Shown here in pieces: positions 30,544-40,954 of a DNA stretch of 64,000 nt. The notes beneath the pieces are model-generated. The model searched no databases. It was not told the DNA's origin and saw nothing but the letters and a program-made list of their open reading frames with translations. The first letter of the stretch is position 1. Each line of letters begins with the position of its first letter. The stretch is from positions 31,830-95,829 of IMG/VR virus record IMGVR_UViG_3300021197_001928; one strand, given 5' to 3'. The position numbers and the translations under genes are program-made. This DNA comes from a virus.

Positions 30544-31245
30544 TTATTCCTCCCTGTTTAATAACAAATCAGTAGTACTTTTGGCGGCATATCTTGCACA
30601 TTCCGCAAGGTCACCAGTGGGTTTACAATCTAAAAAATGTGCAGCGTATATATCGCCAGCACCATTAACGTTTAAATTTTCATATTTAATTGTTTTTTCT
30701 TTATGAATAGGCTCCCCATTCACAATAATTTCAAAACCATCAGGTTCATGTAAAATTATAGGAGTTCGGGTTGATATGTTTGAATATAAATGTTTTCTTT
30801 CACGAGAGTCAAATATAATACTTGACCTTTCCATTAAATTTATATAATCGACCCTGTTTTTATCTGTGCAGAAATCTAAACTAAAGGGTATAGCAATGTG
30901 TTCTAATTTGGAAAAACACTCTATGTCATCAACATAACTAACATGCAGCCAGTCAAAATTGTCATTTATTTTATTTATTTGGTTTTTTGTTAGGAGTGAC
31001 TCTTCATTATTTAACACGATGGAAGTTCGAGTGCTCCTGCTCTTGTCGCTAATTATAAATGCTTTCTTGGTACCTATAGTGATTGGGCTCATTATCCAAT
31101 TAACCATCTTAGTTTCAAAAAAGTTATATATACCACCACGTTTTTGTCTTATGGCTGAACAATCGTTTGTTTCGCCTTCTCTTAGTTGCTGTACAAACAT
31201 AATTGTATCGGAATATTCTTTACCAATCAAACAAAGAGACTTCAC
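30544..31245 (-). CDS. PfkB-family carbohydrate kinase-like protein
   Basis: C-terminal NVNGAGDIYAA signature. Confidence 0.7.
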   Translation of the reverse strand: MKSLCLIGKEYSDTIMFVQQLREGETNDCSAIRQKRGGIYNFFETKMVNWIMSPITIGTKKAFIISDKSRSTRTSIVLNNEESLLTKNQINKINDNFDWLHVSYVDDIECFSKLEHIAIPFSLDFCTDKNRVDYINLMERSSIIFDSRERKHLYSNISTRTPIILHEPDGFEIIVNGEPIHKEKTIKYENLNVNGAGDIYAAHFLDCKPTGDLAECARYAAKSTTDLLLNREE

Positions 31246-31769
31246 TAAAAACTCTCCTTTTTATCTAGGTTTTCTATATCCTGCATTGTGCAGTCATTTA
31301 TTAATTTTCTTGCTTGTAATGTTTCTACCATCTCGCAAATAACATTATTACCACCATTGTTTGATAGGGTATTATCAATACCACACACAGATTTAATATC
31401 AGTACATGCATCGTTAGGACAAAAAGCATATCCAACAATTTCCATTATACTTTTGTCAAACAAATCGTCACCAATATAGAGCATGTTTTCTCTCTTAGTA
31501 TTATATGTTTTCTCGAACAATTCAACAAAACTAGCTTTATCTTTTCCTCTAGCGGAATAAAAATCTATGTTTCTGTTCCATGCCATAGGTTTGTTGATAC
31601 GATCGTCACCAGACAAAAAGCAAACTTTTACACCAGCACCACGCATTCTTTTGATCGCCGTGAAGTCCTTGTCGCAATAAGTTTTAGCGAAAGGTATACC
31701 GTTAAGACCATAATATTTTCTACCATCGGTCAGTACCCCATCAATATCCAATATTACTAATTCAATCAT
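31245..31769 (-). CDS. KdsC/YrbI-like HAD sugar-phosphate phosphatase
   Basis: LDIDGVLTDG, LSG, K, YIGDDLFD, CPNDA. Confidence 0.85.
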   Translation of the reverse strand: MIELVILDIDGVLTDGRKYYGLNGIPFAKTYCDKDFTAIKRMRGAGVKVCFLSGDDRINKPMAWNRNIDFYSARGKDKASFVELFEKTYNTKRENMLYIGDDLFDKSIMEIVGYAFCPNDACTDIKSVCGIDNTLSNNGGNNVICEMVETLQARKLINDCTMQDIENLDKKESF

Positions 31770-32488
31770 GTTTCACCTCTTATATTTTTATTAATATTAT
31801 TCTCTTTTAAAATTCTGTTTAATTCATCTGGATACCCGGACAGATTCCACTTTCCTTTAACAATTGCTGTTGCAACATAAGGATAGGCGTTGGAGTCATA
31901 ATGAAACATTCCCTTTTTCTCTTCATTATTATAATGGAACAGTCCTTTCATATTCATATAGCGGCAAACCTGCTGTACGTTAGGTTCAAAATCCCTAATA
32001 TGGTTGATATTTGTATTATTATACATCTCCAACAATCTATCTGTTTTACATATTGAAGGTTGGACTGAAAAGATATATTGGGAATATGATGGAATAGGAA
32101 ATAATGTTCTGGTTTTTTTATATGGAAAGACGGGCTTGTCAACCGATCTCAATAGTCTGATGAAATCTATGTCTTCATTCATAACAATGGCTTCATATTC
32201 ATCAAGCAATTTATAGTTCGGTTCTGTATATAAAAACATGTCCTCATGGTGCAAAAAGCACAAGTCTGTTTCTATACTTTTCAAACACTTAGATACTCTT
32301 TCTGAATATGTTTCTGACTCGTCATACTTTATAAACTTCCACCCTTCAGGGATCTTTTCTTCACCGGAATCTGAGAACACAACTTTGTTATAATTAGACA
32401 TGTATTTGTCTGCTTGTTTAAAAAACGGAGCCCAAACATCTGAATAAGAAGAGTGACTATACATGAATAATGTTATGTTTTTTTTCAT
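31766..32488 (-). CDS. Glycosyltransferase-like hypothetical protein
   Basis: YSDVWAPFF, HEDMFL, AIVKGKW; within the sugar cluster. Confidence 0.5.
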   Translation of the reverse strand: MKKNITLFMYSHSSYSDVWAPFFKQADKYMSNYNKVVFSDSGEEKIPEGWKFIKYDESETYSERVSKCLKSIETDLCFLHHEDMFLYTEPNYKLLDEYEAIVMNEDIDFIRLLRSVDKPVFPYKKTRTLFPIPSYSQYIFSVQPSICKTDRLLEMYNNTNINHIRDFEPNVQQVCRYMNMKGLFHYNNEEKKGMFHYDSNAYPYVATAIVKGKWNLSGYPDELNRILKENNINKNIRGET

Positions 32489-33306
32489 TTTAAATCCCTT
32501 GTAATATCAATAAATTTACACTTGTTATAAAGACCGCTGTCTATGAAGTACCATTTATACAGTTTATGATTGTCGATACATGCCCACAGAGGCCACGTCT
32601 TAGGACTGTTGCATTTGTGGCTATTAAAAAATTCATTACTAAAATCATCATAAGAATTGCTGTCGGGCCAACCATTGGTAACCTTCTCTACATACTCGCT
32701 ATCGAGTTGATAATATTCAACTACCTTATCATAAAGACGGGACACTTTATCCATATTTTTTGAGTTTGAATAAAACCAGTGATCCGCAAATCCATGATTA
32801 AGCTGGTTCCAGAAAGCACTATATAGGAAATTCATATCAAGTGAAGGGTTAAAATTAAAGTTAGTAGCATAGTATTTTTGTGAATGCTCCTTTCCTCTTT
32901 GGCCCAAATCAAATCTAGCCAGTATCACACAATCATATTTAAATTTATTGTCTTTCTCATACTCTTTCTTTAGATGCATTGTTGCTTTTCTAGAGTATAG
33001 GAAACTTAGCGCTTTAAAAGTATTATTTGTTTTATACATTCCGGGCGCTTCCCCTTGTAGGCCAAAAAAATCTGATTGTTTGACAATTTTTAATTCTTCT
33101 TCGAATTGTATTTGTTTTTCAAACAACGCATGTTTTGGTTTATATAAAGATTTAACTAAATCCTCATTTTCTAAATCCCAACTATGGATGAATGTATCGA
33201 CATCATATTTTAAAAGTTTGGAAGTGATATAATCGTGCCCTCTAATAGAAGCTTCAACTCCACCAGCATTTTTAAAATAACCATGCAAACATAAAGCAAC
33301 CTTCAC
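32485..33306 (-). CDS. Glycan-biosynthesis-associated hypothetical protein
   Basis: KVALCLHG, DTFIHSW, YDCVILARFD, FADHWFY. Confidence 0.5.
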   Translation of the reverse strand: MKVALCLHGYFKNAGGVEASIRGHDYITSKLLKYDVDTFIHSWDLENEDLVKSLYKPKHALFEKQIQFEEELKIVKQSDFFGLQGEAPGMYKTNNTFKALSFLYSRKATMHLKKEYEKDNKFKYDCVILARFDLGQRGKEHSQKYYATNFNFNPSLDMNFLYSAFWNQLNHGFADHWFYSNSKNMDKVSRLYDKVVEYYQLDSEYVEKVTNGWPDSNSYDDFSNEFFNSHKCNSPKTWPLWACIDNHKLYKWYFIDSGLYNKCKFIDITRDLK

Positions 33307-33917
33307 TCAACCACCTCAATGTCTTTAAATAAATCAAACTCTCTCAAATCTCTATAGAAAGGCTGTTCCGGTAGATCTTCGTTATGCTCTGGGTAATTCT
33401 GCATCAGCATCAGTCCTCTTGCAGCTTGTTCTGGAGACATATAAGCATTCCACCCATTTATCTCGATATTGTCTTGGTGGTACATAACCTCTCCACGACC
33501 TTCATAGCGGCTCTTGCGTAGCCATTTTGCAGCGTTTTCGTCATCAGTGAGTATCATACCCCCCTTGCCTATCTTAAGGTGTTTTTTGATGTGAAATGAG
33601 AGGCACATGAAAGATCCGGGAATATACATATTAGAGGTTAAGCGCTTTGCGGCATCCCAAATGGGATACGGCTCTAGCCTATATATCCCCTTCCACTTGT
33701 AGTCTCTAAATTTGACTGTGCCGCCGGCATGTATAATTGACTGTGGAACGGAAAGATATGTTCTTGATGGTATTGTCACCTCTCTTACATTGAAATATTC
33801 ACAGCACATAAGTATTGCGTCTGTGCAGTTGTCAGTTGATACGGCATATTTAGATCCGCAATAATCTGCGACAGTTTCTTCAAACATTTTGACAATTTTA
33901 TATGGGTTATGTCTCAT
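33303..33917 (-). CDS. Short DegT/DnrJ/EryC1/StrS PLP-dependent sugar aminotransferase
   Basis: FEE.VADY.G.KYAV...NCT.A, DAA, SFHIKKHL.IGKGGMILT (PLP-lysine loop), GWN.YMS; only 204 aa. Confidence 0.8.
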   Translation of the reverse strand: MRHNPYKIVKMFEETVADYCGSKYAVSTDNCTDAILMCCEYFNVREVTIPSRTYLSVPQSIIHAGGTVKFRDYKWKGIYRLEPYPIWDAAKRLTSNMYIPGSFMCLSFHIKKHLKIGKGGMILTDDENAAKWLRKSRYEGRGEVMYHQDNIEINGWNAYMSPEQAARGLMLMQNYPEHNEDLPEQPFYRDLREFDLFKDIEVVE

Positions 33918-34297
33918 TATTTCTCCAGTAGATAATATTTCTTCACAAACCCGTTCTTCTCAAATAACCTCAGGCTAGCTTTATTATTTATTTTAACTTT
34001 AGCTTGTGCTTCAGGGCTTTGCTTCATAACTTCATTAAGCATAAACGAAGCCACGCCCAAACCTTGATAATTAGGGTGCGTAGCAACACGAATATCATCA
34101 TCTATAATACCAATATAACCTATTGGAGCGCTTTTGTCAAGACAAATCCAAAAAAAACTACTATTTTTTTTCATAAATTCTTCGTGTTGTGTTCTTGTTA
34201 TTATGTTCTGCTTAACAAAGCCTTCCCTTATCCCGTCCATATTACGAAGGTCCCTAACAAATTCCCAGTATATATAAGAGTTCTTTACTAACTCCAT
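33917..34297 (-). CDS. GNAT N-acetyltransferase (PseH-like)
   Basis: HPNYQGLGVA and NKASLRLFEKNGF; adjacent to the aminotransferase. Confidence 0.85.
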   Translation of the reverse strand: MELVKNSYIYWEFVRDLRNMDGIREGFVKQNIITRTQHEEFMKKNSSFFWICLDKSAPIGYIGIIDDDIRVATHPNYQGLGVASFMLNEVMKQSPEAQAKVKINNKASLRLFEKNGFVKKYYLLEK

Positions 34298-35082
34298 TTA
34301 TCTACCTGTTTGCCGAATCGACTGCCTGAATTGAGCCAGTAACTTGTAAGGTATCCTCTGGTGTATTTCCACCCTTCCAGATTTAGAAGGGGATTTAGAC
34401 ACGAGCCAATATCTAAAAAGGTATTGTTAGAGTTCTCTTTGTAACACTCGTAAATAATGAAATTGGATAATGAAGCAGCAGAACAAAGTATTACCGCATC
34501 TTTAATATTATTTTCCTTGATGAACAATTTGACTTTTTCAGTGGTGTCGTAGTTATTTATCATACAATTTGAACCTATCTTAAACTCTTTTATAGTTTGA
34601 AATGGTAATTTGCTCGTGTCCGCCAACTCATTTACAATATATATTACGTCCCTATTGCATAACTTCGGCACTAATTGTTCGATAAATTTACTATAATTTG
34701 CATTTATTAAAAGATTTGCAAAAGTTAAATTAGTATGGTCTGTGCTGTGAAAGTTCAACATCCACTCAAAGTTTTCTTTACCTACATGGCCATCTGTTTG
34801 TGTGCAAATACCTTTAAAATATTTTTCTTGGTCGTGCCTATAACATTCTATCAATTTATTTCTATACATTTGATGCTTCGTTGGATAGAATTCTTTATGT
34901 TCTTCTTTTGTGTACCGATTGCTTCCTTTTATATTGCCGGTAATATAATGATTATCTGCCAAAACTACAGTTTTGTTCTGCATTATGAACAGTTCTCCAT
35001 CGGAGAATCTAGTAAATGCAAAATTCTCTTCTTGCTTAATCATATTTAAGATTTGATCGAATGCTTTATTAAAGTCTTTCAT
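34288..35082 (-). CDS. GT-D-fold (DUF1792-like) glycosyltransferase-like protein
   Basis: FAFTRFSDGE and FLDIGS motifs. Confidence 0.6.
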   Translation of the reverse strand: MKDFNKAFDQILNMIKQEENFAFTRFSDGELFIMQNKTVVLADNHYITGNIKGSNRYTKEEHKEFYPTKHQMYRNKLIECYRHDQEKYFKGICTQTDGHVGKENFEWMLNFHSTDHTNLTFANLLINANYSKFIEQLVPKLCNRDVIYIVNELADTSKLPFQTIKEFKIGSNCMINNYDTTEKVKLFIKENNIKDAVILCSAASLSNFIIYECYKENSNNTFLDIGSCLNPLLNLEGWKYTRGYLTSYWLNSGSRFGKQVDKWS

Positions 35083-36692
35083 AATTTAATATTCCTAACT
35101 GTCTTCCAACCTTTTTTGATTCCCGTTTGTACACAGAGATCCCTTTCAGAGAAAAACTGCCTATGTGAAATTGCTGAATTGGTTGAAGTTGCTTTATTAT
35201 CAATACCCAGTTCATTACCAAGTATAGAGCCATGCATACTTTTGTCTTCAGGTGGATGGGGTGGACAATATGTGGGTATATTACCGTGTATTTTTGCCAT
35301 GAATCCAAATTGTATATCTTCTCCGTTGTCCCACGTAACAGGTTTTTCTTGCCACAAATATCTTAGCCATTCTCTTTTGAAAAACCAAGAGTGGCCGACC
35401 AGATCAACCTCAGTAGTTTTTTTGTTTTGAGTGGGCCAGCCGCACCTCTCATGTTCTACATATTTATTGCCATTTAGAATAATTCCAGCAGATCCCAAAA
35501 TACCTTCATGTGTTTTCATTGTGTTTAAGCAATTCTCATGCCAGCGATTTCCGGGTATTGTATCGTCATCGTACAAAGCAACGTATTTTGTGTCTGCTAA
35601 TAGTGCGGCAGCAAATCTACCGTAAAACTTCCAATTAAAATCGTTCTTAAATACTCTATCAACTCCAAGAGTTTCTGGGTCGAAACCCTTATTATCTTCA
35701 TGATAATTGATCCATAGCCATATTTGCACCGGCTTGACAGATTGTGCACGGATTGCGTCAACTTGCATTCTCAGGTTATATGGTCTTCTATAGCAATTTA
35801 ATATTACTGTTATATCTCCTTCTTTTGAGTCATCATTAGTTTTAAATAAGTTGTCTTTGATGGTTGTCACAACAACCTCCCTTTGTGAGTTAATATAATC
35901 AATTAAACCAGAACCCTTTAACTTTCTGAACCAAGGTTCATAGGTGCACCCATTTAGGTTATTTGTCATCAGTTTGCAACCAAGCATTCTAGCCTCAACG
36001 ACAACCCGACAGAAACTTTCTAATGTCTTTGGAAAGAAAACAAATTTCTCGTAAGCACCTAGAGCTTTTAGATACTCATCATAAGGCATTTTGTCCAATA
36101 AATCAAATTCAATTTTTTTCGACTGGCATATCTGTATTGATTCCGCTGTGCCTTTTATAATATTCGGATCATTTATAATCATGGCTTTATTATTTTTATT
36201 TACAGAAACATTTTTTATCTTAGTTATTTGCTCTTCAGACCACAAAGAGCACCCAAGGTTAATAACATGTTTGATTTTAAGGTTTGAACTCAGTACCTCA
36301 GCATGTTTAACAGATTGGCAAAATACCGCAGATGCAGCAGAATAAAAGTCCCTATTGATTACCATTTGAGGCGGAGCAATAAAATCTTTAAAATCTGCTG
36401 GATTGCGGTTTGTTAGGTATTTGTGGTCATGTTCAATTATACAGTATCTTCCTGTATGTGTTTGTAATATATCTTTTATGCGCTTATCCAAATTAATAAA
36501 ATTCGAGATTAAAAAATTAAAACCAAATTTTTCATATAAATGAAAATGTTTGTTTGTAAACTCATGCGAATGAAACTTGCAAACCTTTACGCCTTTTTTC
36601 TCTAATTCTTTTATTAATAGATCGTCGTAGATCTCAGCGCCACCTCGAACATCATTAACAAAAAAGTCCGAAATGAATACTAATTTGTTCAT
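35079..36692 (-). CDS. Two-domain glycosyltransferase (GT-B/GT4-like plus GT-A/GT2-like)
   Basis: GGAE and ESFCRVVVEARMLGC, followed by ITVILNCYRR and LYDDD. Confidence 0.8.
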   Translation of the reverse strand: MNKLVFISDFFVNDVRGGAEIYDDLLIKELEKKGVKVCKFHSHEFTNKHFHLYEKFGFNFLISNFINLDKRIKDILQTHTGRYCIIEHDHKYLTNRNPADFKDFIAPPQMVINRDFYSAASAVFCQSVKHAEVLSSNLKIKHVINLGCSLWSEEQITKIKNVSVNKNNKAMIINDPNIIKGTAESIQICQSKKIEFDLLDKMPYDEYLKALGAYEKFVFFPKTLESFCRVVVEARMLGCKLMTNNLNGCTYEPWFRKLKGSGLIDYINSQREVVVTTIKDNLFKTNDDSKEGDITVILNCYRRPYNLRMQVDAIRAQSVKPVQIWLWINYHEDNKGFDPETLGVDRVFKNDFNWKFYGRFAAALLADTKYVALYDDDTIPGNRWHENCLNTMKTHEGILGSAGIILNGNKYVEHERCGWPTQNKKTTEVDLVGHSWFFKREWLRYLWQEKPVTWDNGEDIQFGFMAKIHGNIPTYCPPHPPEDKSMHGSILGNELGIDNKATSTNSAISHRQFFSERDLCVQTGIKKGWKTVRNIKL

Positions 36693-37927
36693 TCAAACTC
36701 CATCACCACTTCTTCTGTTTCTTGATCGATAATAGATGAATCAAAACCCAGAACCCCGTCTACAAAGCCTTTAAATAGCTTTTCTTCATTGAATTTTTCT
36801 TTTATGATGATTGATAGTGCCTCGGCTCGTTCTTTGATTTTTGGCCAGTTTTTGAGCGTTTTACGTAAGGTCATCTTATATGATCCCTGTTCTGCATATG
36901 CCCACATTGAGCTTTTTTGAAGCACTCCATCCCACACAGCTTCTGGGTGGATTGGTTGCATAGTATATTTGACAGACTCAAAATAGTCTTTACCATCATG
37001 ATGCAGAAAATCCATTTGACCTGACCATCCGATTGTCACAACGGGCAATGCCTCTCTAGCCGCCTCAAAGAGAGGAAGGCCAAAACCCTCGCCATGTGCT
37101 ATGTTGACGAGAGCCTTAACCTTGTTATGATTATACAACCAAGTCATTTGACCGGATGTTAAATCACCATGGAGGACATATACTTTACACTTTCTATCAA
37201 CATAGGGAGTAAGCATATTCTTCATTTGCTTCTCTAAATGATCCCAATCTATTATTGAGTTGGTCTTGATATTTGTTTTAACAATAAGACCAACCTCTTG
37301 ATCGTGAAATTCTTCGACCCACCATTTGATGGCATTAGCAAAGTTCTTTCTTGGGCCCATTTGAGAGATCATCAAAAAATTATTATCATATTCTAAATTT
37401 ATTTCGTTTACTGGTTCTGGTTCTGCTCTTGGAGTAGTTTCCCAGACAATATCGATTGGGGTTTTAAGATTATACGGAATAACCTCGCCAGTCTGGTTAT
37501 TGGTTGCAGTTGTAGAAGAATTGGCATATGTGCTTTTCGCATGGCTAGAAACAACAAGAATTTTATCCATCTCATTTCCTTTTTGAAGCCAAACAGGGGA
37601 AACCTTATTTGTTTCAATACCAGCAGTATATCCAATATTCACAGGACACATTTTTTGGAATTCGTTTGGAATTGTGATTTGCAAACTGATGTCTGGTTGC
37701 AACTGTTTTTGTTGCATTAAAATTTGTGTTACTGTTATCTTAGAATCCATCCATTGTCTGAATTCAGATTCTTCCCAGACCCAACCTGTTTGTCCCCATG
37801 GGATTGGTTGGATATAAACATCAAACAAGTCTTCTCTTGCTTTTAATGCCCTTAGTGCAAAGCGAGATTGTTCACCATAACCGCTTTGGGACAGGACAGG
37901 TCCCCTTACAAAAATTTTCTTTTTCAT
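36689..37927 (-). CDS. GT4-family glycosyltransferase
   Basis: SGYGEQSR, PRKN, HGEGFGLPLFEAA. Confidence 0.88.
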   Translation of the reverse strand: MKKKIFVRGPVLSQSGYGEQSRFALRALKAREDLFDVYIQPIPWGQTGWVWEESEFRQWMDSKITVTQILMQQKQLQPDISLQITIPNEFQKMCPVNIGYTAGIETNKVSPVWLQKGNEMDKILVVSSHAKSTYANSSTTATNNQTGEVIPYNLKTPIDIVWETTPRAEPEPVNEINLEYDNNFLMISQMGPRKNFANAIKWWVEEFHDQEVGLIVKTNIKTNSIIDWDHLEKQMKNMLTPYVDRKCKVYVLHGDLTSGQMTWLYNHNKVKALVNIAHGEGFGLPLFEAAREALPVVTIGWSGQMDFLHHDGKDYFESVKYTMQPIHPEAVWDGVLQKSSMWAYAEQGSYKMTLRKTLKNWPKIKERAEALSIIIKEKFNEEKLFKGFVDGVLGFDSSIIDQETEEVVMEFE

Positions 37928-37950
37928 TGCTTTTTTAAGCTCCTAATAAT

Positions 37951-37979
37951 ATTATAACGTATCTTCTTACGTTTGTCAA
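37951..37979 (-). promoter_or_regulatory. Sigma70-type promoter for the glycan operon
   Basis: TTGACA(37979-37974)-17 nt-TATAAT(37956-37951), exact consensus. Confidence 0.8.
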
Positions 37980-38209
37980 GTAATTTTGTGATTTTTTTTA
38001 ATTTTTATTAATGCAAATGCTAAATAACAATAAACGTCACCATTTATTAGCACATGATAATAATCCACCTTATCTGTTGGGTACTCTCTGTGTTGGCCTA
38101 TCTTTACAACAATTCCATAATCACCCAATACAGTTGAGACCAACTCACCAACATTAAAAATAAAGTTTTCGATGATTAATAAATCACTATTGATTGGGTA
38201 TGTGATCAT
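37976..38209 (-). CDS. Small SH3/KOW-like protein
   Basis: FNVGELVST...YGIVV...YYHV. Confidence 0.55.
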   Translation of the reverse strand: MITYPINSDLLIIENFIFNVGELVSTVLGDYGIVVKIGQHREYPTDKVDYYHVLINGDVYCYLAFALIKIKKNHKIT

Positions 38210-39474
38210 GCAACTTCTTTAAATCTAATGCCGGTTGTATATTTTCTTGTGTCCCATGATCCATGAGTCTCGTGTATTTGTGTCATCTTTTCAACCCAAG
38301 ATTTATTAAAATTATCAAAGTTATAATTGGCCAAAACATGTTTTCTACCATTTAAGCCCATTTCTTTTCTTCCGTCTTTACCGAGTGCCATCATTTTATC
38401 CATCGCAGAAAAGAAGTGTTCTTTTTTGATTCTGTCTTCGTAAATATAAGGAACCTCTTGGGAACCGATAACTGCTTTTGAAGAAGGATAAATACCAATA
38501 CCAAACCAATTAAAACCGTCAACAACTTGTTCTTGAAGGCCTCCCGTCATATTTACGATAATTGGCGTACCACACGAGAGAGACTCTAGTGTTGCGAGGC
38601 CAAAACCTTCTGCATCTGAAATGTTTATGGTACAATCGGCTAAATTGTATAACGCCGCTAAATGCTGGGGTGTTATTTTATTAACAGATAACAAAACCTG
38701 CCGGTGCTGGTCTAGTCCCAAGTGTTCAATGATATGTTGCAAATCTTGACCATGAGGGTCTTTTGGATCAGTGTGCATAATCAGTTGTGCCTTTTCATGA
38801 TTGTCTGTTTTATCTAGCCAATCTTTGAACCAGTGTATTAATGTACCGGACTGTTTTCGCCTTGCATTTCTGTTGTTCCAGAAAAAGATAGTTTTATCTC
38901 TATCAGACTCTGGTAGTGAATTTGTACGCAGTTGTTTAATATCTGATTCTGTTACTGGTTTAAAAACATTACTAGCAACGGCATGAGGTATATATGTGCA
39001 GGGTACGTCTGGTGATACATTTCTCACGATATCGTCTGTTACTTTTGAAATTGTGATAATTTCATCATTCGAATCATAAAACTTTTTATTAAATATTGGA
39101 TATGGATAATTGTCCCAAACATGATAATAAACCATTGGCACCAATGGTCGAATTTCGTTTTCCATCTGCCATAGCCAACCCCAGAACCGTGGATCTGTCA
39201 TTAGCCAGAGAATATCTGGTTTTTCTGTTCTTAATATAGACCGAATTATTTCTGGTGTTCCATAGCCATCGATTGGAATAACCCTCCAACTATCGCCGTA
39301 TGGTTCCACTTTTACGGGATCATAGTTGTGATGCTTGATCGCACCACCTAATGAGATGATCTCAAATTTACCAGAATCCAATAGCGCCTCGCAAACATAT
39401 TTTGTTTGTGATCCAACGCCAGAAGGCGACAGTGGATGGTCGCCTAATGTTAATACTTTAATTTTTTTTGTCAT
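38206..39474 (-). CDS. GT4-family glycosyltransferase
   Basis: PSGVG, IPHAV, RNARRK, AEGFGLATLESLSCGTPII...TGG. Confidence 0.88.
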   Translation of the reverse strand: MTKKIKVLTLGDHPLSPSGVGSQTKYVCEALLDSGKFEIISLGGAIKHHNYDPVKVEPYGDSWRVIPIDGYGTPEIIRSILRTEKPDILWLMTDPRFWGWLWQMENEIRPLVPMVYYHVWDNYPYPIFNKKFYDSNDEIITISKVTDDIVRNVSPDVPCTYIPHAVASNVFKPVTESDIKQLRTNSLPESDRDKTIFFWNNRNARRKQSGTLIHWFKDWLDKTDNHEKAQLIMHTDPKDPHGQDLQHIIEHLGLDQHRQVLLSVNKITPQHLAALYNLADCTINISDAEGFGLATLESLSCGTPIIVNMTGGLQEQVVDGFNWFGIGIYPSSKAVIGSQEVPYIYEDRIKKEHFFSAMDKMMALGKDGRKEMGLNGRKHVLANYNFDNFNKSWVEKMTQIHETHGSWDTRKYTTGIRFKEVA

Positions 39475-39484
39475 TTAATCTCCG

Positions 39485-40261
39485 TTATGGACAATTTTTC
39501 GTTTTATAAAACTCACACCCTCTACATGATAAACGGTTTTTGATATACATTTTTCTATCAATATTGATAAGGGCCTTATGTAGCAAATCTGTTGCGTTGC
39601 TTGTTTTCTTTGGTCCTGATGTAACTCTAAAAATTTCAACATTATCCTTCTTAGCCGTTCTCTTTAAAAGAGCGAAATGTGTTTCAACTAATTTTGGATC
39701 AATGTCATGCTTCTGACAAAAGAATTTTTTATAGAGAGTTAATTGATATGTAATCATTTTACTATTTCGTTTTTCTCTATCCCATCCCCAAGAACAGGTT
39801 TTCCAGTCAATAACATGATACTTTCCATCATTTGTTTTAATCACTAAGTCAATATAACCTTTAAAAGTGCTTTTGTCAAGTGATAAATCATTAATTTTTT
39901 CATAAAGTTTTTCTTCAACCGAAAAAACCTCGAACTCTCCGAAGTCTTTAGTTAATTGCGGCATTATTAAAGGGCTAATTATTTTTGCTTGTTCTCGCAT
40001 TTGTTCAACGAGGTCTGTTCGCAATTCAAATTCTGGTCCGAGTTGTTCCAACTCTCTTTCAAAATGGAGAGAAAAGAACTCGTCATAGTCTGATTCTTGC
40101 AAGAGATCTTGAACCGCATTTTCACATAAAGCGTGTAAAGAGCTACCAAAAGCAGTATATTCATTTCCTGTAAATCCTTTGAGTTTATCAATATATAATA
40201 GTTTGTGTTTTCTGGGACATTCGGACCAGATTTTTAATTCAGAATAAGATATGTGTTTCAT
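39485..40261 (-). CDS. Cas4/AddB-like PD-(D/E)XK exonuclease with a predicted Fe-S cluster
   Basis: ISYSEL..W.ECP, KGYIDL, IDWKT, QLTLY and C-terminal CRGC...CP. Start refined to MKHISYS. Confidence 0.85.
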   Translation of the reverse strand: MKHISYSELKIWSECPRKHKLLYIDKLKGFTGNEYTAFGSSLHALCENAVQDLLQESDYDEFFSLHFERELEQLGPEFELRTDLVEQMREQAKIISPLIMPQLTKDFGEFEVFSVEEKLYEKINDLSLDKSTFKGYIDLVIKTNDGKYHVIDWKTCSWGWDREKRNSKMITYQLTLYKKFFCQKHDIDPKLVETHFALLKRTAKKDNVEIFRVTSGPKKTSNATDLLHKALINIDRKMYIKNRLSCRGCEFYKTKNCP

Positions 40262-40932
40262 TATTTCTCCATGTATTCTAAGTTTTCTAATTTTGAATAT
40301 AAAACAGGGCACAGGTTTTTGATTGTGCGCTTTTCACCCATGAAATAATATTCAAATCCAATTGCAAAATATTCTCTTAGAGACGTTGTAGAATATGGAG
40401 AAGGAAAAAGTCCATTGATAATATTCCACATGGCTTCATAGCCAACTTCTTTATAAAAATACATGTCAATTTTCTCACTGTAATGATACATTGTCTTAAT
40501 CGCAGGGGAAGGATCATAATCATAGCTAGATAAAATCTCATATAGTCTTTTTCTCTTACCTACAAATTCATTTTTAAGATCGTTCTCATCATAAATATAT
40601 TGTGTGAACTTTTCTTCAACCGAATGTGCTAGTTCATGAATAATATCATCAATCATGTCTTGATTTGAGTCTTGCTCATTTGAAACGTAGATCGCCCCAT
40701 CTTGAAACACAGCATTAGCTTGTTTTTGTTTAAACACATCAAACTGACCAACGTAAACAATATCAACCCCGGTTAATAAATGAGATGGTATTAACTTACT
40801 AAAAGTAGAAAAAACCAAATCTGGGTCGATATGGCTTGGCAATTGATCCTTGATAAAAATATCTATCTCTTGCATTTTATAATGATCCTTCAATTTATTT
40901 GATCTTTTAACTGATTCTTGAATCCAGTCCAT
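40261..40932 (-). CDS. Zincin metallopeptidase-like protein (HExxH, lethal-factor-like)
   Basis: IIHELAHSVE and YSTTSLREYFA. Start refined to MDWIQES behind GGAG. Confidence 0.7.
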   Translation of the reverse strand: MDWIQESVKRSNKLKDHYKMQEIDIFIKDQLPSHIDPDLVFSTFSKLIPSHLLTGVDIVYVGQFDVFKQKQANAVFQDGAIYVSNEQDSNQDMIDDIIHELAHSVEEKFTQYIYDENDLKNEFVGKRKRLYEILSSYDYDPSPAIKTMYHYSEKIDMYFYKEVGYEAMWNIINGLFPSPYSTTSLREYFAIGFEYYFMGEKRTIKNLCPVLYSKLENLEYMEK

Positions 40933-40954
40933 AGTGTTCTCCGTCATTAAATAT

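Noticed and set aside
39485-40261. Cas4-like gene as a sign of a CRISPR-Cas locus
   Set aside because: I saw no repeat-spacer array or other cas genes, and stand-alone Cas4-like nucleases are common in phages.
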